Positions 45,849 to 56,545 of a DNA stretch of 64,000 nucleotides are shown here, piece after piece. Both the position numbers and the translations under genes were made by a program. The DNA is taken from assembly GCA_031082315.1 (NCBI GenBank), contig JAVHLC010000011.1, forward strand, positions 35,117-99,116, written 5' to 3'. Numbering within the stretch: position 1 is the stretch's first letter; the number at the start of each line of letters is the position of its first letter. Source of the DNA: Thermodesulfobacteriota bacterium (GTDB lineage: Bacteria; Desulfobacterota; QYQD01). A model generated the notes under the pieces. The model worked only from the letters and a program-made list of their open reading frames with translations. It ran no database searches and had not been told where the DNA came from.

Positions 45849-46232
45849 ATGAACACAAAAAGTACTAAACGCACAGCCCGTGCTTACGTTATCGAGGCCA
45901 CTGTCGCGATACTGCTTTGTTACTTCTTACTCGGAGGTTCTGATTGGAGTCCTGCGCTCTGGGCGGTGTTCACTGTCCTTGCCATTTGGATCGTGGTAAT
46001 GAATGTGCGCCGCGATGCTGGCGTAGAGAGTGCCGTAGCATACGATCGCTGGAAGTTGCAGGTAGCATTACTAATGGTTCTCGGCGTTCTCGGTGCGTCT
46101 ATATGGAGGAGCTCATCATGGCTTTTTATATTGAGCTTGGTCTTGGGAGCAATTTGGGTCAGCGATTTGCGTGCCCACCAGGACACATATAAACGAAAGG
46201 CTGTTCAAGAGGGAAATGATGTTGCCCCTTGA
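45849..46232 (+). CDS. Cassette ORF: 4-TM membrane protein
   Basis: 127 aa with four hydrophobic segments. Starts 17 nt after R'. Confidence 0.5.
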   Translation: MNTKSTKRTARAYVIEATVAILLCYFLLGGSDWSPALWAVFTVLAIWIVVMNVRRDAGVESAVAYDRWKLQVALLMVLGVLGASIWRSSSWLFILSLVLGAIWVSDLRAHQDTYKRKAVQEGNDVAP

Positions 46233-46254
46233 CATTAGACAAAATGAAAAATTG

Positions 46255-46313
46255 GCCTAACCATTCATTCCAACCGCCCGCTTAACAGCGGCGGCGGAAT
46301 TCAACCGTTATGC
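46255..46313 (+). other. attC-type site (59 nt)
   Basis: GCCTAAC-CATTC-ATTCCAA-CCGCCCGC-TTAACA-GCGGCGG-CGGAATTCAACC-GTTATGC. R'' is the exact reverse complement of the cassette start GTTAGGC. Confidence 0.8.
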
Positions 46314-46339
46314 GGAAGCGATGAACGGGATGTTTCGCT

Positions 46340-46924
46340 ATGACTATTAAAACCAAAGCGGAAATTGTTTTCGAGGAATTCTGCAACTCAAACAGCATTG
46401 GATGGGAGAAGATAAAAGAGGGCGAAAGCCGCGCTCCAGATTACGAAATCTATCTCGGTGGCGAGCTGGTATTCGTAGAAATCAAGCAAATTGATAAAGA
46501 CGAAAACTTTGGCATCGAGTCTTGCTCTAGAACGGTGGGGTCACATATAAGACGAAGAATACAGAGTGCCAGGAAGCAGGTACAGGCAGGTTCTAACGAA
46601 GGTGCTCCGTCCGTGTTGTTGGTGTACAACAATCTCGATCCGTGGCAAATGTTTGGTACAGAACAACATGATTTTATCGACGCGATGTACGGAGAGAGAA
46701 CCGTGGTGTTAGATACAGACACAAATGCGATCACAGACTCCTTTCAAGGAGGGAATCGATCCTTAGAGGAAAACAAGAATACGTCTTTTAGCGCGGTGGG
46801 ACTGCTATATAAAAAGGAAGATTGTGCCGGAGTTCATATTTACGAAAATGTTTTCGCTAAGAATCCGCTGGAGTTTTCAAAGGTCCCGAATTGCATTGAA
46901 GTCACTCGAATCGAGATAGAGTGA
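46340..46924 (+). CDS. Cassette ORF: predicted PD-(D/E)xK nuclease-fold protein
   Basis: APDYEIYLGGELVFVEIKQI fits the PD...(D/E)xK pattern. 194 aa. Confidence 0.5.
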   Translation: MTIKTKAEIVFEEFCNSNSIGWEKIKEGESRAPDYEIYLGGELVFVEIKQIDKDENFGIESCSRTVGSHIRRRIQSARKQVQAGSNEGAPSVLLVYNNLDPWQMFGTEQHDFIDAMYGERTVVLDTDTNAITDSFQGGNRSLEENKNTSFSAVGLLYKKEDCAGVHIYENVFAKNPLEFSKVPNCIEVTRIEIE

Positions 46925-46931
46925 AAATTCC

Positions 46932-46960
46932 GCATAACAAGTTGTCCGAGCCGACGCCGC
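46932..46960 (+). other. Truncated attC (left half only)
   Basis: GCATAAC-AAGTT-GTCCGAG-CCGACGCCGC, then unrelated sequence. R'' is the exact reverse complement of the cassette start GTTATGC. Confidence 0.65.
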
Positions 46961-47234
46961 AAAAACCAGCCCCGTAGGGTGGGCTTTGCCCACCGAAACC
47001 CCTGGACACCGGGGTTCACCGGTGTGACGACTTTTGCAAGAGTCTCGGAGGAATAAACCTCGGGTCTTTGTCCGCAGTCCGCCACGACATCATCCAAGAA
47101 ATGGCCCGGGTCATCGAGATTCTAGTGTCGCTTCCAGGCCTATCCCAGGCATGCTCCCCTTAGACAAAAAATAGCATGTTAACATTATGCAGGTATTATT
47201 TGACAAATAGTTTAACTTAATGTGAATTAACGGC

Positions 47235-47366
47235 ATGACTAAGCCAAGAGAGATCTATGAAAAAATCATGCCGTATTTCGATTCTCTGGAGGCGATTATT
47301 ATTACCGGCATGCGGAGAACCGGAAAGACCACGCTTCTCCATCTGGTCTTTGACCAGATAAAGGCC
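47235..47366 (+). pseudogene. 5' stub of an AAA-ATPase (DUF4143-type) gene
   Basis: MTKPREIYEKIMPYFDSLEAIIITGMRRTGKTTLLHLVFDQIK (Walker A). The rest of the tracked ORF is antisense to oppF-like coding sequence. Confidence 0.55.
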
Positions 47367-48332
47367 TTACCGGATATGGCAGGAGAGCCACTGCCTCTGG
47401 CCGGCTTCGTGCCAGAGGGGTTTATCCGTCGTACAGATGTCCTTTCGGTACGGACAGCGGGGGTGAAAGGGACAGCCTGATGGAATATTTAAGGGGCTGG
47501 GAGGGTCTCCCTCTAAAACTATACGCTTTTGACGGCGGGTAGGGTCAGGAGAAGGGGCGGCCGCCAAGAGGGCCTCGGTATAGGGGTGGTGGGGTACCTG
47601 TCCGAGGAGATTTTTGTCTATTATTTCCACGATCTTTCCGAGATACATGACGGCGATGCGGGTGCTCAGATAATGTACGACCTGAAGGTCATGGGCGATA
47701 AAGAGATAGGTAAGGTTGAATTTGTTCTTGAGGTCGAGAAGGAGATTGATTACCTGGGCCTGTATCGAGACGTCCAGGGAAGAGACCGCTTCGTCCGCCA
47801 CGATGAATTCCGGATTCAGGGCTAAGGCGCGGGCGATACCGATCCTCTGCCTTTGTCCGCCGCTGAATTCATGCGGATAACGATATATCTGATCTTCACC
47901 AATACCTACTTCCCTAAGTATATGGGTAACTTTTTCGACCAGTTCTGTCCTGCCGGGGCAGAGCTTATGGATTATGAACGGTTCGGCCACAATATCGAAT
48001 ATGTTTCGGCGTGGATTAAGCGACGAGTAGGGATCCTGGAATATGATCTGCATATCCCTGCGCAAATTCCGCATCTGTCTATGGGATAGCGATGTGATAT
48101 CCCGGCCTTTATAAAAGACCTGGCCTGAGGCAGGTTCCTCCAGTTTCAGTATGAGGCGGCCTAATGTGGATTTGCCGCAGCCGCTTTCACCCACCAACCC
48201 TAATATCTCGCCCGGCATGATGGTAAGGTTAACGCCGGCCACGGCCTGTAAGACGTGGTCTTTCCCGCCCCAGAAGCTGCTCCGCACCTGATAATGTTTA
48301 AATAGGTCTTTGACTTCAACCACTGGGTTCAT
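47367..48332 (-). CDS. Oligopeptide/dipeptide-type ABC transporter ATP-binding protein (OppF/DppF-like)
   Basis: GESGCGKST Walker A, LSGGQRQR signature, C-terminal oligopeptide-type extension. ATGA overlap with the upstream gene. Confidence 0.85.
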   Translation of the reverse strand: MNPVVEVKDLFKHYQVRSSFWGGKDHVLQAVAGVNLTIMPGEILGLVGESGCGKSTLGRLILKLEEPASGQVFYKGRDITSLSHRQMRNLRRDMQIIFQDPYSSLNPRRNIFDIVAEPFIIHKLCPGRTELVEKVTHILREVGIGEDQIYRYPHEFSGGQRQRIGIARALALNPEFIVADEAVSSLDVSIQAQVINLLLDLKNKFNLTYLFIAHDLQVVHYLSTRIAVMYLGKIVEIIDKNLLGQVPHHPYTEALLAAAPSPDPTRRQKRIVLEGDPPSPLNIPSGCPFHPRCPYRKDICTTDKPLWHEAGQRQWLSCHIR

Positions 48333-49318
48333 GGCCGGTCTGCCTTTAAAAAGCACCGCACGAAGTGTCCTTTTTCTACCTCAAGAAGTTGTGGTTCGGT
48401 GCTGAGACATTCTTTATGCGCTTCTTTACAGCGGTTCTGAAAGGTGCAGCCTCCGGGCAGGGCGGAAAGCGAGGGGACCGTGCCGGGTATGGGCGTAAGG
48501 CGGCGTAAGGGTTCTTTATTCAATGAAATGTGCGGCAGGGAGGCCAGGAGCCCCCTGGTATAGGGATGGAGCGGCCGGGAAAAGAGGTTATCGACACCGG
48601 CCTCTTCAACTATGCGTCCGGCGTACATGACGATAACCCTTTGGCCTACCTCGGCCACCACGCCGAGATTGTGGGTAATCAAAAGGAGGGCCATGCCGGT
48701 TTTCTTTTTGATCTCGGCGAGCAGATCCAGTATCTGGGCCTGGATGGTGACGTCCAGGGCCGTGGTCGGTTCATCGGCAATTATGAGGTCCGGCCGGCAG
48801 GCCAGGGCCATGGCGATCATAACCCTTTGTCTTAGTCCGCCGCTCAGTTGGTGGGGGTAATGCCTTATCCGTTCGGCAGGGGAGGGGACGCCGACCAGGC
48901 CGAGGAGTTCAACGGCTTTTTGTTCGGCCTGATGACGCGTCATCTTTTCATGTACGAGTATGGTCTCTGTGATCTGGTCGCCTATGGTGAAGACCGGATT
49001 GAGCGCGGTCATCGGCTCCTGAAAGACCATGGAAATCCGCCGGCCCCGGAGGCGGCGCAGGTCTTTCTCTTCCAGTTTCATAATATCCCGGCCGTCGAAC
49101 AGGATTGAACCGGAGACTATCCTGCCGGGAGGGTCCGGGATGAGCCTCAATATGGACAGGGCCGTGACGCTCTTACCACAGCCGGACTCACCTACGACGC
49201 AGACAGTTTCGCCCTTTTCCACAGTGAAGCTTACGCCATCAACCGCCTTTAAGGTGCCTTCTTCGGTGTAAAAATATGTCTTTAAGTCCTGGACGGAAAG
49301 TAGTGGCTGGGGTGTCAT
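48329..49318 (-). CDS. Oligopeptide/dipeptide-type ABC transporter ATP-binding protein (OppD/DppD-like)
   Basis: GESGCGKSV Walker A and LSGGLRQR signature. Confidence 0.85.
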   Translation of the reverse strand: MTPQPLLSVQDLKTYFYTEEGTLKAVDGVSFTVEKGETVCVVGESGCGKSVTALSILRLIPDPPGRIVSGSILFDGRDIMKLEEKDLRRLRGRRISMVFQEPMTALNPVFTIGDQITETILVHEKMTRHQAEQKAVELLGLVGVPSPAERIRHYPHQLSGGLRQRVMIAMALACRPDLIIADEPTTALDVTIQAQILDLLAEIKKKTGMALLLITHNLGVVAEVGQRVIVMYAGRIVEEAGVDNLFSRPLHPYTRGLLASLPHISLNKEPLRRLTPIPGTVPSLSALPGGCTFQNRCKEAHKECLSTEPQLLEVEKGHFVRCFLKADRP

Positions 49319-49524
49319 GCGTGGTACTCATTCGAAAAAAAACAACCGTTTCCGGCTGGGAGTTCTCCGCAATCAGCAAGTAGCTGTTGGAGATAGAATC
49401 CAGAATTCAGGAGTCAGAATACAAAAGAGCTGAAAGCTGAGCGCTGATGGCTGACTGCCGACTAGATTATAATAAAACAAAGATTGTTTCAAGGGAATGT
49501 TTGCCGTATAATACGTCTCTGGAT

Positions 49525-51201
49525 ATGAAAACGCCGGCAAAGATATGGGAAATCAGCGGCCGCATGCTCCTGGTCTGGGGGGTTCTTGCCCTCATATCTT
49601 GTCCGGCCTGTTCCCGGCCGGAAGACAGCGGTAAATCCCTGGAACGTCCGGCAGCAGCCGGACCGCCCTGCTATGGCGACACCCTGATCACCGGGTCTAT
49701 CGGCGAGCCTTCAAACTTAATTCCGATCCTTGCTTCCGATAGTTCTTCTCATGAGGTGGCCGGCCTCATATACAACGGCCTCGTGAAATATGACAAAGAC
49801 CTGAAGCTGGTGGGTGATCTGGCCGAATCGTTTAAGGTCTCAAAATCCGGGTTGGTCATTACCTTTCATCTGCGAAAGGGGGTAAGGTGGCATGACGGTC
49901 AACCTTTTACCGCCGCAGACGTCTTATTTACCTATAAGACTATGGTCGATCCACATACTCCAACCGCCTATGCCGAAGACTTCCTGCAGGTGGAAAGGGC
50001 GGAGGCGACGGACCCTTATACCTTCCGGGTTACCTATAAAAAGCCCTTTGCCCCGGCCCTGGCCAGTTGGGGTATTTCTATTCTGCCCGGACATCTTCTG
50101 GAGGGAAGGGATATCATGAAGAGCCCTCTGGCGCGCCATCCCGTCGGCACAGGCCCCTTTATCTTCAAGGAATGGAAGGCCGGGGAAAAGGTGGTCCTCA
50201 CCTATAACCCTGATTACTTTGAGGGCCGTCCCTATATCGATCGGTATATCTACCGGATTATCCCCGATTCCGCCACCATGTTTATGGAGCTTAAGGCCGG
50301 AGGTATAGATAACATGGGCCTTAGCCCACTTCAATATGCCCGGCAGACCGAGTATCGAAAGTTTAAAGAGAACTTTAACAAGTACCGCTATCCGGCCTTT
50401 GCCTATACCTATCTGGGTTTTAATCTCGAAGATGAAAAGTTCAGGGACAGGCGGGTGAGGCAGGCCATTTCCTATGCCATCAATCGCGGAGAGCTTATCG
50501 AAGGGGTCCTCCTCGGTCTGGGGCAGGAGGCCACAGGTCCGTATAAACCCGGCACCTGGGCCTGTAATCCCAATGTAAAGCAATATCCCTATAACCCCGT
50601 CAAGGCGCGGGAACTTCTACAAGAAGCGGGGTGGCGGGATACGAATGGTGACGGCATATTGGACAAGGGTGGGATACCATTTCGTTTCACCATCATTACC
50701 AATCAGGGGAATGATACCCGTGCCCGGACGGCAGAGATCATCCAGCGCCGGCTGAAAGAGGTCGGCATTGATGTTAAGATCCGGATTATTGAATGGGCGG
50801 CCTTTATCAAGGAATTTATTGAGAAAAAGGCATTTGAGGCCACCATTCTGGGATGGACAATAAGCCAGGACCCCGATATATACGACGTCTGGCACTCTTC
50901 CAAGACAAGACCCGGCGAGTTAAACTTCATCTCTTATAGAAATACAGAGGTAGATGCCTTGCTGGAAAAGGGCAGGCGCACTTTTGACCAAGAGGAACGC
51001 AGAAAGATTTACTGGCGTATTCAGGAGATACTGGCCGAGGAAGCGCCTTATGTGTTTCTCTATGTCCCGGACGCCCTTCCCGTGGTTCAGGCCCGGGTTA
51101 AGGGCATTGAACCCGCTGCCGCGGGTATAACCTATAACCTGATTAAGTGGTATGTGCCAAAGACGGAGCAGAGATATAAAATGAATGATAGTAACCGTTG
51201 A
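49525..51201 (+). CDS. ABC transporter substrate-binding lipoprotein, family 5 (OppA/DppA-like)
   Basis: Lipobox LALISC. SBP_bac_5-type sequence. Start moved to MKTPAK because upstream codons lie in a repeat. Confidence 0.8.
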   Translation: MKTPAKIWEISGRMLLVWGVLALISCPACSRPEDSGKSLERPAAAGPPCYGDTLITGSIGEPSNLIPILASDSSSHEVAGLIYNGLVKYDKDLKLVGDLAESFKVSKSGLVITFHLRKGVRWHDGQPFTAADVLFTYKTMVDPHTPTAYAEDFLQVERAEATDPYTFRVTYKKPFAPALASWGISILPGHLLEGRDIMKSPLARHPVGTGPFIFKEWKAGEKVVLTYNPDYFEGRPYIDRYIYRIIPDSATMFMELKAGGIDNMGLSPLQYARQTEYRKFKENFNKYRYPAFAYTYLGFNLEDEKFRDRRVRQAISYAINRGELIEGVLLGLGQEATGPYKPGTWACNPNVKQYPYNPVKARELLQEAGWRDTNGDGILDKGGIPFRFTIITNQGNDTRARTAEIIQRRLKEVGIDVKIRIIEWAAFIKEFIEKKAFEATILGWTISQDPDIYDVWHSSKTRPGELNFISYRNTEVDALLEKGRRTFDQEERRKIYWRIQEILAEEAPYVFLYVPDALPVVQARVKGIEPAAAGITYNLIKWYVPKTEQRYKMNDSNR

Positions 51202-51278
51202 CCGTTGACCGTTCACCGAAGAAGACGTTTTTCTCCCTTTTCACGGGCAACGGTGAACTGATAACGGTGAACGGTTAC
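51191..51278. repeat. Inverted repeat built from ACCGTTGACCGTT words
   Basis: GTAACCGTTGACCGTTGACCGTTCACCG pairs with CGGTGAACTGATAACGGTGAACGGTTAC. Contains the SBP stop codon. A related word repeat lies at 39085-39120. Confidence 0.75.
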
Positions 51279-51318
51279 AAATGATGGCGCATGGCTCATA
51301 GCCGATAGCTCATAAATA

Positions 51319-52293
51319 ATGGCTACTTATATCCTGAAAAGATTATTTCTAATGATCCCAATCTTTCTGGGGATAACCGTGATCTCCTTTGCCGTCCTGC
51401 ATCTTGCCCCTGGTGCGCCCACGGAGATGCAGACCATGATGCAGCCCAAGGTCTCTCTGGAGGCCCGGGCCCGCCTCAACGCCATCTACGGCCTGGATAA
51501 GCCCCTCCCTATACAGTATTTTGACTGGCTGAAGAGGCTGGTGCGATTTGACTTTGGCCGGTCTTTTTCGTCTGACAACCGGCCGGTACAGGAGAAGATC
51601 ATGGAGAGGTTGCCGGTTACCCTCTTTATTAACATCCTCTCTCTGGTTCTTATCTTAGTTGTGGCCATACCCATCGGGATACTCTCGGCGGTTCACCGGT
51701 ATTCTCTTTTTGACAAGGCCACCACGCTTTTTGTCTTTATAGGGTTTGCCGCTCCGACCTTCTGGCTGGCGCTGCTTTTGATGCTCGTTTTTGGCGTACA
51801 TCTGGACTGGCTGCCTATATCCGGTATCAAGTCCCTGAACTATGAATACCTTGGTTTCTGGGGTAAAACGGTTGACTTGGGCAGGCATCTCATTCTCCCG
51901 GTCCTGCTTTCGGCGTTCGGCGGGTTAGCCGGCCTTTCGCGCTATATGCGGTCCAACATGCTGGAGGTAATACGGCAGGATTATATCCTTACGGCCAGGG
52001 CTAAAGGCCTGCCTGAACGGGTGGTTATCTATAAACACGCCCTGCGCAATGCCTTGCTTCCGGTGGTGACTGTTCTGGGCTTGTCTATCCCCGGCCTCAT
52101 CGGCGGCAGCGTCATCTTTGAATCGATATTTGCCATTCCAGGCATGGGACAGCTATTTTACGGGGCGGTCATGGCCAGAGACTATCCGGTAGTCATGGGT
52201 GAGCTGGTCATCGGAGCGGTTCTGACTCTTATTGGCAACCTGGTAGCGGATATCTCTTATGCCCTGGTTGATCCACGGATACGGGTGCGATAA
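51319..52293 (+). CDS. ABC transporter permease (OppB/DppB-like)
   Basis: 324 aa, 6 TM helices, EAA-type loop ([10 protein letters not shown]). Confidence 0.85.
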   Translation: MATYILKRLFLMIPIFLGITVISFAVLHLAPGAPTEMQTMMQPKVSLEARARLNAIYGLDKPLPIQYFDWLKRLVRFDFGRSFSSDNRPVQEKIMERLPVTLFINILSLVLILVVAIPIGILSAVHRYSLFDKATTLFVFIGFAAPTFWLALLLMLVFGVHLDWLPISGIKSLNYEYLGFWGKTVDLGRHLILPVLLSAFGGLAGLSRYMRSNMLEVIRQDYILTARAKGLPERVVIYKHALRNALLPVVTVLGLSIPGLIGGSVIFESIFAIPGMGQLFYGAVMARDYPVVMGELVIGAVLTLIGNLVADISYALVDPRIRVR

Positions 52294-52296
52294 GTA

Positions 52297-53151
52297 ATGA
52301 CAAGGGCCTTAGTTAAAGAATTCTGGCAGCGCTTCAGACGTCATCGCCTGGGGTTAATAGGGGCGGGGGTTGTATGGCTTCTTTTTATCGTTTCTCTGGC
52401 GGCCCCTGTACTTTCTCCCTACGATCCAAGCTATATTGATATCAAATCTATCATGGAACCACCCGGTTATGAACATCTCCTTGGCACTGATCAGTTGGGC
52501 CGCGATGTCCTCAGCCGGATTATATGGGGAGGGCGCATCTCCCTTATGGTAGGGTTTGTAGCCGTGGGTATCGCTATGGTTATCGGTGTCTTTTTAGGGG
52601 CTATGGCCGGTTACTACGGCGGTTATGTGGATACGGTTATTATGCGTTTTGTGGATATCATGCTCTGTTTCCCGACGTTTTTTTTGATCCTGGCGGTCGT
52701 GGCCTTGCTTGAGCCCAGTATCTGGAATATCATGGTGGTCATCGGGGCAACGGGGTGGATGGGAATGGCCCGTTTGATTAGGGCGGAGATACTGTCCATA
52801 AAGGAGAGGGACTATGTCCTGGCGGCCCGGGCCTTAGGAGCCAGCCATACCCGTATAATATGGAGGCATATTATACCGAATGCCATGGCTCCGGTACTGG
52901 TCGCTGCCACTCTGGGCGTAGCTGCGGCCATACTGACCGAATCTGCCCTGAGTTTTTTGGGTATTGGTGTCCAGCCGCCCACGCCGAGTTGGGGTAATAT
53001 CCTTACCGCGGGCAAGGACAGTATTGAAGTAGCCTGGTGGCTTTCTTTTTATCCGGGTATGGCTATACTTATTACTGTGCTTGGCTATAACCTCCTTGGT
53101 GAAGGTATAAGAGATGCTATCGATCCACGACTGAGGGAAGGAAGAGGATGA
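52297..53151 (+). CDS. ABC transporter permease (OppC/DppC-like)
   Basis: 284 aa. N-terminal OppC-type region and YVLAARALGAS loop. Confidence 0.85.
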   Translation: MTRALVKEFWQRFRRHRLGLIGAGVVWLLFIVSLAAPVLSPYDPSYIDIKSIMEPPGYEHLLGTDQLGRDVLSRIIWGGRISLMVGFVAVGIAMVIGVFLGAMAGYYGGYVDTVIMRFVDIMLCFPTFFLILAVVALLEPSIWNIMVVIGATGWMGMARLIRAEILSIKERDYVLAARALGASHTRIIWRHIIPNAMAPVLVAATLGVAAAILTESALSFLGIGVQPPTPSWGNILTAGKDSIEVAWWLSFYPGMAILITVLGYNLLGEGIRDAIDPRLREGRG

Positions 53152-56114
53152 TAAGAAAGGGTTGTGTCCTCCTAATCTGGTTTTTCCTGATGGGGGTTGC
53201 GGATGTAACGGCAGCCGACAAGGTGTCGGGTAATAAGACCGCTTCTCCGCCTGCGGTCCCCGGCACAAGAATAATTATGAAACAGGAAGATGCGCCGCGA
53301 TGGAAAAGCAAATGGGATCTGGCGCGTAAATTTACCCGTCAGAAGAAATATGACGTAGCCCTGGTTCTGTACAGGGAAGTATTGGAGATCAAGCCTAACC
53401 TGGATGACGCCCGTTTTGAGATGGCCCAGATATTGAGATATATGGGGAAAGATACAGAGGCCATAGAGGCCCTGGAGATTTTTTTAGAGTCAAAGCCTGA
53501 CCGCACCGATGCCATGCTTCCTCTGGCCGAACTTTTGGCTGCCCACGAGAATGAAAAAAGGGCCGTCAAACTTTACGAACAGATACTTTTAAAGGAATCC
53601 GCGAATTTTTCCGCCTTGAAGGGTCTGGGAGAGGCTTATCTTAAGCTAAAAAGCTATTCAGAGGCATCTAATTATCTACTTAAGGCATTGAGTTTAAACC
53701 CCCGAGACGTGGATCTGATTTATAAGATGGCTATCTGTCTGGATAACCTGGGAAAATACGGCGAAGCCGTAGCCTATTACCAAAGGCTGATCGGCCTTAA
53801 AGGCAACGACCCGGTTTTTATTCACCGTTATGTGGACTCTCTTATAAGCGCTGGTCGTGAGACAGAGGCCATAGATGTGCTTGCCGGATTTCTGAAAACT
53901 TATCCGGATAATCTGGCGGGCCATGATAAGATTGCCCAGCTTTATCTTAAGAAAGAGAAGAAGAAAGAGGCGCTGCCTCATCTGAAAGAGGCGCTGGCCA
54001 AAAATCGAAATGACAGTAAGCTCCTTTTTAAGATAGGGCAGATTGAAAGTGAACTCGGGCTTTACAAGGATGCCGCAGTCAGCCTCCAGGCCCTGTTAAA
54101 GATTGAACCGAAACACAGAGAGGGGATGGTTGTACTTGCTCAAGCCCTTTCTGCCGGCGGACAATACCCGGCAGCTATAGAACAGTATAAGACCTACCTG
54201 TCCCTTGCCCCAAAGGACGAAGAGGCCCTTAAAGAACTGGCCGGGATTTACCTGAAGACCAAAGAATATACAGAGGCCTCTGCCATATATGAGAAACTAA
54301 GCCAGGAGTACCCCCAAAAAACAGGCCTTAAAATTGATCTGGCTGATATATGGCTGAAAATGGGTGAACAGGAAAAGGCCCTTAAGCCCCTTGAGGATGT
54401 TTTATCCCTGGAGCCTAAGAATAAAGAGGCCCTGGTGAAGAGGGCCACAATACTACAGACATTGGGTAGGATAGGTGAGGCCACCCGGGCCTGGCAGACG
54501 GCGATTGAGGTTTATCCTGAACTGACATCGGCAAAGCTGGCCTTGTCCCATCTCCTTATTGAACAGGCCCGGACGGTTGCCGCCCAAAAATTATTTCGCT
54601 CTGTTCTGGCAGATGATGGTAAGAACCTAGAGGCACTGAAAGGACTGGCAAAAACAAATGAGAGGAGGGGTGAGCTGGATTTAGCCCTGGATGCATATAA
54701 AAAGATACTGTCTGCCTATCCCGATGATAAGGATGCAAAGTTCGGTCTGGCCCGCACTTACGAGGGCCTGAAGGATTATGAAGAGGCCGGTAAGTGTTAT
54801 GCCCGTCTGTTGGCCGAAAATCCCGACTCCCAGGAGGTCCTGCTTGGCCTCGCTCGTCTGGCAAGGCTCTCCGGTAACTACTATAAGAGTCGGACGATGT
54901 ATTCAGACATTTTAAAACGCTGTCCTGACCTTGAAGCCGCCTGCGGCGGACTGGCAGAGCTTTACATTGATGAAGGACGTGCGGATTATGTCCGGGCGGA
55001 ATATCGGAAGATGATCTTAAAAGATCCGGGTTCGGCGGCGGGGGTTCGAGGCCTGGCCCTTCTCCATCTGAGAGATAATGAGTACAAAGCGGCTGAGGAA
55101 CTTCTAAGGAGTTATCTTGCCTCTCACAGCGGCAGCGACGGGGATCATCTTCTACTGGCTCGAATACTCATGGGGCGCAAAAAATGGGACGAGGCCGCGG
55201 GTATTTATCAATCAATGTTTAGCAGGGGCGATACGGCCGGAGAGGCGCGGACCGGGCTGGCCGAAAATTACTATAGAAGCGAACGATTTCCGCAGGCCGT
55301 GGCCGTTTATAATGCGGCGTTACAGGAAAGGCCATACTCAGCGCTGGCATTAACCGGACTCAGAAAATCTCTGGTCGAAACCGGGGACGGCATATATTTT
55401 GAGACTATTGGCCTGGAGATCGAAGGGCTATGCCGGCGCCGTCCTGATATCTTTTGGAATGATGATTTCTTTAAAAGTGAACTCCTTGACTGGCCGGAGA
55501 AGGTGGCCCTGTACCAAGGGATCAAAGAGAACAATCCCGAACACTTCCTGGCCGGATGGTTCTTGGCCCAGGCCCTGGAGCATGTGGATGTGGATAGAGC
55601 ACTGAAGGAATATGAAGACTGGGTGGAGAAATATTCGGATAATGAGGGGGGGGTGCTCAAGCTGGCCCGGCTTTACGCCCGGAAGTTTGCCTTTTCTAAG
55701 GCCCTGGCCCGGTATGATAAGCTCCTGGCCATCGATCCCAATAATGCCCTTTACCAGGGCGAAAAGATACAACTGTTTTTTGATTGGGGGCGTGGCGATG
55801 AGGCCTTGGTCCTTTTGAAAACGCTCCTTATCCCTCATGTCGATGACGTAATTGAAGAGAAGCTTAAACAACTAGCGGAGAACGAAGAGGACCAGGAGAT
55901 AAAGGATAAGCTGGTTCGCTTTCTTTCCAAAAGACCTAAGGGCTCTGTCTATTGGTTGTATGAAAAAATTTCCCGCGAGATTGAAAAGAAAAGGTTCCCG
56001 CAAAAACTCCTCCTCGGCATGGAGCGAGTCCGCCTGGACCTGTATGGAGATTACCTGATTCAAAAAAAAGCGCACGATAAAGGGAGGATCTTCAGCATTA
56101 TTCCCCGGAGGTAG
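53148..56114 (+). CDS. Large secreted TPR-repeat protein
   Basis: 988 aa. Signal-peptide-like N-terminus and more than 15 TPR-like repeats. 4-nt overlap with the permease gene. Confidence 0.7.
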   Translation: MIRKGCVLLIWFFLMGVADVTAADKVSGNKTASPPAVPGTRIIMKQEDAPRWKSKWDLARKFTRQKKYDVALVLYREVLEIKPNLDDARFEMAQILRYMGKDTEAIEALEIFLESKPDRTDAMLPLAELLAAHENEKRAVKLYEQILLKESANFSALKGLGEAYLKLKSYSEASNYLLKALSLNPRDVDLIYKMAICLDNLGKYGEAVAYYQRLIGLKGNDPVFIHRYVDSLISAGRETEAIDVLAGFLKTYPDNLAGHDKIAQLYLKKEKKKEALPHLKEALAKNRNDSKLLFKIGQIESELGLYKDAAVSLQALLKIEPKHREGMVVLAQALSAGGQYPAAIEQYKTYLSLAPKDEEALKELAGIYLKTKEYTEASAIYEKLSQEYPQKTGLKIDLADIWLKMGEQEKALKPLEDVLSLEPKNKEALVKRATILQTLGRIGEATRAWQTAIEVYPELTSAKLALSHLLIEQARTVAAQKLFRSVLADDGKNLEALKGLAKTNERRGELDLALDAYKKILSAYPDDKDAKFGLARTYEGLKDYEEAGKCYARLLAENPDSQEVLLGLARLARLSGNYYKSRTMYSDILKRCPDLEAACGGLAELYIDEGRADYVRAEYRKMILKDPGSAAGVRGLALLHLRDNEYKAAEELLRSYLASHSGSDGDHLLLARILMGRKKWDEAAGIYQSMFSRGDTAGEARTGLAENYYRSERFPQAVAVYNAALQERPYSALALTGLRKSLVETGDGIYFETIGLEIEGLCRRRPDIFWNDDFFKSELLDWPEKVALYQGIKENNPEHFLAGWFLAQALEHVDVDRALKEYEDWVEKYSDNEGGVLKLARLYARKFAFSKALARYDKLLAIDPNNALYQGEKIQLFFDWGRGDEALVLLKTLLIPHVDDVIEEKLKQLAENEEDQEIKDKLVRFLSKRPKGSVYWLYEKISREIEKKRFPQKLLLGMERVRLDLYGDYLIQKKAHDKGRIFSIIPRR

Positions 56115-56545
56115 AGATTGCCGGGGTCACATCTCCATATGTTATTACTGTTCCTACGTGTGTAGGGATGACCGCAAAACGATAAGTACATAAACTTGAT
56201 CAATTCGTAAAAAAGCCCTCTCACCGCTGAGCACGCAGAGCCCGCAGAGAAAACATGTAACCTATTCAATATGTTATCTCGGCGTTCTCGGCGGCCTCTG
56301 CGGTAATTTTGACTTTTTATAAAATCATCAAACTTGACAGGAACTGTTTTGGGGTACATTATTAGGGTGGTAATGAAATGGAGACGACATGGAAGATGTG
56401 CTGATTATAATACTGGTCATAGCCTTTTTTGTGGCGCTGTTTAAGTGGGTAGTGCCTCGCCTAAAGCCGCCAACCTCCTTCGGTTGTCCTACCTGAGCAA
56501 CCAAAAAACCTCACTCTGCGGGCCGCAGAAATAAGAAATGAATTG

